The notes under the pieces were generated by a model. That model did no database searches and was not told where the DNA came from. It saw nothing but the letters and a program-made list of their open reading frames with translations. Made by a program: the position numbers and the translations under genes. From Amoebidium appalachense (Eukaryota > Protista > Ichthyosporea): a stretch of DNA of 64,000 nt. Positions within the stretch are counted from its first letter, which is position 1, and the number at the start of each line of letters is the position of its first letter. The stretch is taken from assembly GCA_963693365.1 (NCBI GenBank), contig CAVNZM010000005.1:7572710-7636709 (forward strand). The letters are read 5' to 3'. This document shows positions 57,513 through 64,000 of the stretch, one piece after another.

Positions 57513-57545
<33 letters not shown>

Positions 57546-57648
57546 GGAGGAATGGGGCAAGGGGGAAGGGGGGGGAGGGGGGGGGGGGGGGGGGGGGGGA
57601 GGGAGGCAGGTGGTGAGGGAACAGCAGCAGCTGTTACGACGGGCTAGT

Positions 57649-57712
<64 letters not shown>

Positions 57713-58162
57713 GTGTGTGTGCGTGTGTGTACGTGTAGGCCTGTAGGTATGTGGCGCGTGCCCGCACGTGCGTGCCCACAGGCATGTTTACTACTATTAT
57801 TCTACTTATAATTATTATTATTATCATTATTTGTTTTTTTGTTTGGGGAGGGGGGGGGGGGGTTGTTGGCTACCTGCAGAAGTGAAGTGTTCTGTAGAAG
57901 AGAGACGGAGGGAGAACCGGCCGGCCGGAACGTTTGCATCACCCGTCACCTGCACAAGTTGGAAGTTTAGAATGTGTTCGTTTCGGGTGCGAGTCGGGTC
58001 GGGTCGGATCTTTCCGATCATCAGTCATGCCAGATATAGAATTTCACCTAAAATCTTTTCACGTGGTCGCAATCGTGCAAAGTGAAGTGACGATCAAACC
58101 AAAAGCAATCTGGCTGCCCCCACCATAAGCCAGGGGAGCGAAGGGGGAGGAGGGTGGGGGGT

Positions 58163-58195
<33 letters not shown>

Positions 58196-58985
58196 GGGGG
58201 AGGGGGGGGGGGGGGGGGGGGAGGGGGAGGGGGGGGGAGGGGGGAGGTCGTCTGCATGAGAAAATGATAACGGGATGCCAGGATATCGACACATTTCAAG
58301 TCGCAGGCTGCCTAGAAAAGATCGAAAGGGGATCATTGGCTAGAGAAGCAAGTGATCTGGTTGATATAGATCGGAAACAACAGTGAAGGTTTTTTTTTTT
58401 AATAGAAGAAAATGAGCGCAGAGAGTGGTGGGCGGAGGGGGGGGGAAGGGGGGGCTGGGGAGGGAAAAGGGAAAGAGGGGGGGGGGGGGGGGGCTAAGGC
58501 ATTACATACAGATTAGAGGGCAGAACAACAACAACAAAAAAAAAAAGAATCCCACATACAAAATAAGGAAAAACCAACACAATGCCCAGTGGCTTACAAA
58601 AGCCGCTTGAGCAAAAGGCCAAGTCGGTACTGGTCGTCATGCGGGGCGGAGGGGAGGAGGGATGGGGGTCTAGAATTCGATATGAAGAACGACGCACGCA
58701 TTCACAATGAACAACACAATGCAGAGTGCAAAAAAAAAACAACACAAAGAGCATGCATAATAAGCATACCCATCCTCCGAAGGGCCACAAGTCATCCACA
58801 GTACCTACCCTGTTTTCGACCCATCCAACTCGTTCACAAGGAGGGAAGGGGGGGGTCGGAGGGGGGAGGGGGAGGGGGGGAGAGGGGGGAAGGTGGGGGG
58901 GGGGGGGGGTGAGGGTCGAATGGCTCGGTAGCTTGAGGGGTATCTACAGATATACCTATAAGAAGAGGGCGGTGGTGGCGGTGGT

Positions 58986-59016
<31 letters not shown>

Positions 59017-59655
59017 GGGGGGAGAAGGGGGGGGGGGGGGGGGGGGGGTTGGAAGCATATTTACCTTCAGTCCCACAACCTCGTCAGAACCCTCGGGCAG
59101 GTGCACTGCAATAATCTCCCTCCCATGCCCCCCATAGTCCCCAACCCACATCCCCTCCAAGGGATGTCGCATGAGATGCTCCTTCCCCTTGCGCAAACCA
59201 GGCATCAACCCCTCCACCTTAACCATACACAGCGCACGGCGGTGGTTAAGGGTTAAACTTTCAAACCCCCCCCGCAAGCAAAATTTCATCGTCGTCGGAA
59301 TCGAGCCCGAGTTCTTGTTCGCCGCCGGCCCCGACCCCGACCCCCAAGAATGCGTGCAGGCGGTTTGTGATGGTGCTTGCAAATGTGGAAGAGGAGGGGG
59401 CCCGGGGAGGGTTGAGGGGACGGATGATGCATACCTGAAGGAATGGATGTGTGGTGTGTTACAAAAACGAAGAATACATGTGTGTCCCCCTTCTTCCCTC
59501 CCTCACATATGTGTGGGCCAGCACCGACAACTCTCCCCCCCCCTCCCCCCCTTGTCCCGCTATCGCACAACCAAAACCACCACAACCACACCCCGATACA
59601 CACTCTTACGTCCCAATCTCACACACACATCCCCCTCTCTCTTCCCCTCTCTCTC

Positions 59656-59713
<58 letters not shown>

Positions 59714-59793
59714 ACATACACAATAAAATAAAAAAAAACACCTCGTAAAAAATTTCTCAGAAACTTCGGCAGGGAGGCTTCGACCTCCCCCCC

Positions 59794-59840
<47 letters not shown>

Positions 59841-60569
59841 ACCCCCACACACACACACACACACACATCACATAAACGGGAGGGAGGGAAAGGAAAAGAG
59901 AGAAAAAAGTGAAAGAGGGCGAAAAGGAAAGGCAGAGAAAAGAAAGGAAGAAAACAAGTGAAAAAACACGCTACACACGTGTACACACGCACACACGCAT
60001 ACCTATACACACACACACACACCCGTTTAAGCCTCCCCTCCCCCTCCCCCCGCCACCCCCCCCCCCCCCCTCCCCCCCACCCTCACACCCACACCCACGC
60101 AACCCCTCCAATCCTCCCCCCCTCCCCCTCCCCCCCCCCTCCCCCCCCTCCCCTCCCTCCCCTCCCCCCCCCCCCCCCCCCGGGGAAAAAAAAAACCACA
60201 ACCACACACCCCTACTTTCAACCCTACCCCCCCCCCCCTCCCCCCCCCCACCCCACCCCCTCCCGGGCCACACACCTACCTACCCCCCCACCCCCACCCC
60301 CCCCCTCTCCCCCCAACACAAAAACACACACCCACCCACCGACACACACGTGCAAACGAAAAAACGTACCGGCAATCCCGTATCGTCGTGTTCAAACTGA
60401 AGCAGCCCTGCACTGTCTGGCACCTCCCCCGCCAACCTTCTCATGTTCTCCATACCCCCCATCTCCAAACGCACCTCTACCCCTTGCTCCTCTATCCTTC
60501 CGTATGGGTTGTAGCGGGCTCGGACACGAACTTGGCCACCCTCCGCTCCGGTTCCTGCAACGCTGGTGG

Positions 60570-60634
<65 letters not shown>

Positions 60635-60651
60635 AGGGGGGGAGTGCGTGC

Positions 60652-60722
<71 letters not shown>

Positions 60723-60761
60723 TGGCGGGGGGGAGAGGGGGAGTGTGTGTGTGTGTCTGTC

Positions 60762-60846
<85 letters not shown>

Positions 60847-62943
60847 GTGTGCCCATGTGTACGTGCCTGCGTGCGTGTGGTTGTGAAAGGGGGCAAGGGA
60901 TGTGGATTTAATGTGGGCACATGCTTATTTATGCCCGGTGACTGGTAGAACATAATGCTGGTCATAGTGGTGGTGGTTAATTGGTACTAAGCGCATCTAT
61001 GTCGATTGAGATAAAGTTAAAGAAATGTGGAAATACAGAAAGACTTTAGATATGTGGAAATACAGAAAGACTTTAGATAGGTGGAGCGCGGGGGGGGGGG
61101 GGGGGGGGGGAGGGGGGAGGGGGGGGGGGGGGGGGGGGGGGGAGGGATGCACTGAAGGGGTGGCAGCGTAGACATAAAAACTACAGGAAAGAAATTCAAC
61201 ACAGACAACCAAGAGAATTGTATGGGAATAGAATGCTTGGACACCAGCCAATCTTCTTCACAATATTATTTATGAGGATAGTATGGTTAATTGGTTTTAA
61301 GTACTACTTGTCAGTCTAACCTCCCCCCCCCCCCCCCTCCTAAAACCACTCACTTGTCAGTCTAACCTCCCCCCCCCCCCCCCCCCCCCCACCCCCACCC
61401 TCCACCCCCCTAAAGCGCTCAAAAGGAGAAGAATGAAACATGGCCTAGTTACTAGTAGGCCTGCCTTTCCATCCACTTTCAGGCAAGATTCTAAAAACGC
61501 ACTGCTTCACCTGTTTAGCCAAAGAACAAATTGTTCTTTCACTCAAATAAGGGAATATCAAGGATTGCTCAAGCCATCCTCGAGCACGCGCCGGGGGGGG
61601 GGGGGGGGGGGGGGTGTTGCAGGCAGTTTGCAAGAACAACACACGAGCATGTTCAAGCAATAACTACAGTGTTGGTACACAGAAAGAAACACCCAGATAC
61701 ACCAGCAAACACGGCGAAAAAAGAAAAAGAAAAAGAAAAAGCAAAAAAGCAGCCAGAGAAATCAGGAAGCATACCTTGGTCCATGGGTTCTGGCTCCCAA
61801 ACCGAGTCGATGCGCAAACACAGTGTCCGGCTGCCATCGTATCCTTCCCCTTCCACTAAGGAGCATTAGGTCAGAGATTCACTTTATAGTGCCAACTATC
61901 ATAATAGGATTTTTAATCTTCGTTGGTCGGGATGACACAGATATGCCGTTCATGTTAACACGGCAGCATAACCCACCAGGTTTAAATTGGGGATTCGATG
62001 TTGTCCAATGATACATCTACGTGCATAAGGGTTGCCTATTTGATGGATTTGCCTGAATGGTGCATAAATGTCTCTTGCCCCCCTCCTACCACCACCACCA
62101 AAAACCAAAACCAACACCATCTCCTCCACCACACCCACTCTCCACTCCCCACATCGATACAAAAACATGCCACCACCGCCGCCGCCGCCGCCACAACCAC
62201 CACACACAAAACACACGCACGTGTACGCACACATGCACACACACAGACACACACACACAAAAAAAAGACACCACCAAAACCATCATCACCACACACACGC
62301 ACACGCACACACCAACACAGACACGACCAAAAATTCTTTCTTGCCGTTGTACACCAGCCCCAGTTTATTCGCCAACCAAACTGCCATAAAACAGAAGAGC
62401 CACTACACCAAAAACGAGGATGTATACAAAGTTCTGTCACAAACATTGAGCGTGAAATAAAAGAAGAATAAAACTTTGTGTAAGTTAGTATATTTCACGT
62501 GTTACCACACCAATCACCACACCCTAAGTGTCATTCCGCACAAGACACATGCACTATAGCAATATCTATTTTCCGCCCCCGCTTGGGCGCGCACACACAC
62601 ACACATCCACGCACACACACATCCAGGCACAAAAAACACATGCGAGGCATAAAAAGAATGGAAAAGAAAATGCAGACCCACCATTCTCGTATATATATCC
62701 GTTGATGGCGCCTCTTTCCATGCGCACAAGCACCAGTCTGCCCCTTGGATGGTCTACCAGCCGCCAGTAGCCCTGTGGGTGCGGAAAAAATAGACGATTA
62801 GAAAAGAGGTGTGTATACATGTATCCATGATAAACACACACACAGATACCGAAACACGTACCCCCGCGCGCGCGCACGCACGTGCACGCAAACACGCACA
62901 CACACGCGCACACACCACGCACCCACGCACGCACACACACACG

Positions 62944-62992
<49 letters not shown>

Positions 62993-63682
62993 GCACAAAT
63001 GCCACGATGACGATGATTCTAGTGACAGCTGACATCACTTCATGCAAGCACATCCTTACTGCTTGCAGCCCTGTTTGTGTGTGTGAGCTGTGTGCTGTCG
63101 TTGCTCGTTTTGGTTCACACGTAGCTACACAGATGCTTGTGGTAAGGGCAAGGGGGGAAAGCCCCCCCCCCCACCCCCCTCCCCTCCCCCCCGTAACAAC
63201 ATGCAGGTTGACATCTACATATGCAAGAAGATAGCACACAAAGGCAAATAAAAAAAACACCCGGGAAACCGAAACGAAAAGTACGAAAACAACATACCAG
63301 CATGTGGCCACACGGGACAAGCAGGTCGCGGTAGAGCTCATAATAGTGTTGAAAGGCCCACCCATCCTTGCTCTTTACCTGCAAAAATGCTGTGAGCACC
63401 ATTTTCAACCGCTCCAATTCGAGCATAGATTACGAGCTTTTACGGTTGGAAAAAAGAAAAACGTCGAAGCGTGTAAAAACAAAAAAGGTTGACAGGTGAA
63501 CATTTTCAGAACTATCTGAGCAGTTAACGGCGTGACGGGTGCTTCTGCACGGAAGCCACCCCCCCACTTGCACCATTCAATCTTTTCCAAGGTGCTCTCT
63601 GATCCGATTTCAGATTCCACAGAGAAGGCCACCCCTCCTCCACCCCGCCCTCCCTTCCCCCCCCCCCCCCCCCCCCCCCCCC

Positions 63683-63745
<63 letters not shown>

Positions 63746-64000
63746 AACACAAAAAAACACAAAAAAAAGAAAAATCAAGGTGCGTCGTAGTTTTGCTTTA
63801 TACACACGCTAAGGATTGATTAAAGTTTCTTAACCCACTGCCACCTCATGTTTTACCTTGTACTCCTCTTTACACCTGGCCTTCCACACGGCATCTGCCT
63901 TGGCGAGAGTGCGAAAGCGACGCGACACCTGGGCGGTTTGGCCGAGCGCACGTACTGGCAGCTTGGAAAAAATTTCGAGCCAGAGCTCGTCTGGGAGTAA
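56687..64000 (-). CDS. FBXO31: FBXO31-like F-box protein (F-box plus cyclin D1-binding-type C-terminal domain); 5' end outside window; one apparent frameshift
   Basis: Exons 63857-64000+, 63298-63378, 62682-62772, 61775-61855, 60370-60569, 59065-59434, 57874-57949, 57332-57401, 56687-56825. F-box [32 protein letters not shown]; [15 protein letters not shown]; [29 protein letters not shown]; [21 protein letters not shown]. These parallel the animal FBXO31 motifs GTYGSHGLEI and KITGDPNIPAG. Confidence 0.88.
58668..58836 (-). mobile_element. Intronic repeat copy (FBXO31-like intron)
   Basis: acaatgcagagtgcaaa..cacaaagagcatgcataataagcatacccatcctccgaagggccacaagtcatccacagtac..ttcgaccc matches the family core. 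Confidence 0.8.

Overview
Eukaryotic genomic DNA with GT-AG introns that are packed with poly-C/poly-G, (CA)n/(TG)n and (GA)n tracts. Nearly all ORFs in the supplied track are low-complexity artefacts. Manual splicing gives six protein-coding genes: a 5'-truncated branched-chain aminotransferase of the bacterial/plant IlvE type (+), aminoacylase-1 (+), GINS subunit Psf1 (-), an unknown secreted coiled-coil plus Thr/Pro mucin-like protein (-), an unknown type II membrane coiled-coil protein (-), and a 5'-truncated FBXO31-like F-box protein (-). A decayed Ty3/Gypsy retrotransposon (about 34.1-44.7 kb, minus strand) is split between RNase H and integrase by a 1.7-kb non-coding LTR element whose 5' LTR has its 3' half inverted. 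The most notable pattern is a dispersed 80-290 bp repeat family. I found 12 copies, all inside introns, all in the host gene's sense orientation, and nearly all ending at a C-run; the long copies carry a conserved hairpin. Many introns are also G/GT-rich at the 5' end and C/CA-rich at the 3' end. The gene content suggests a unicellular opisthokont or holozoan, but this is inference only.
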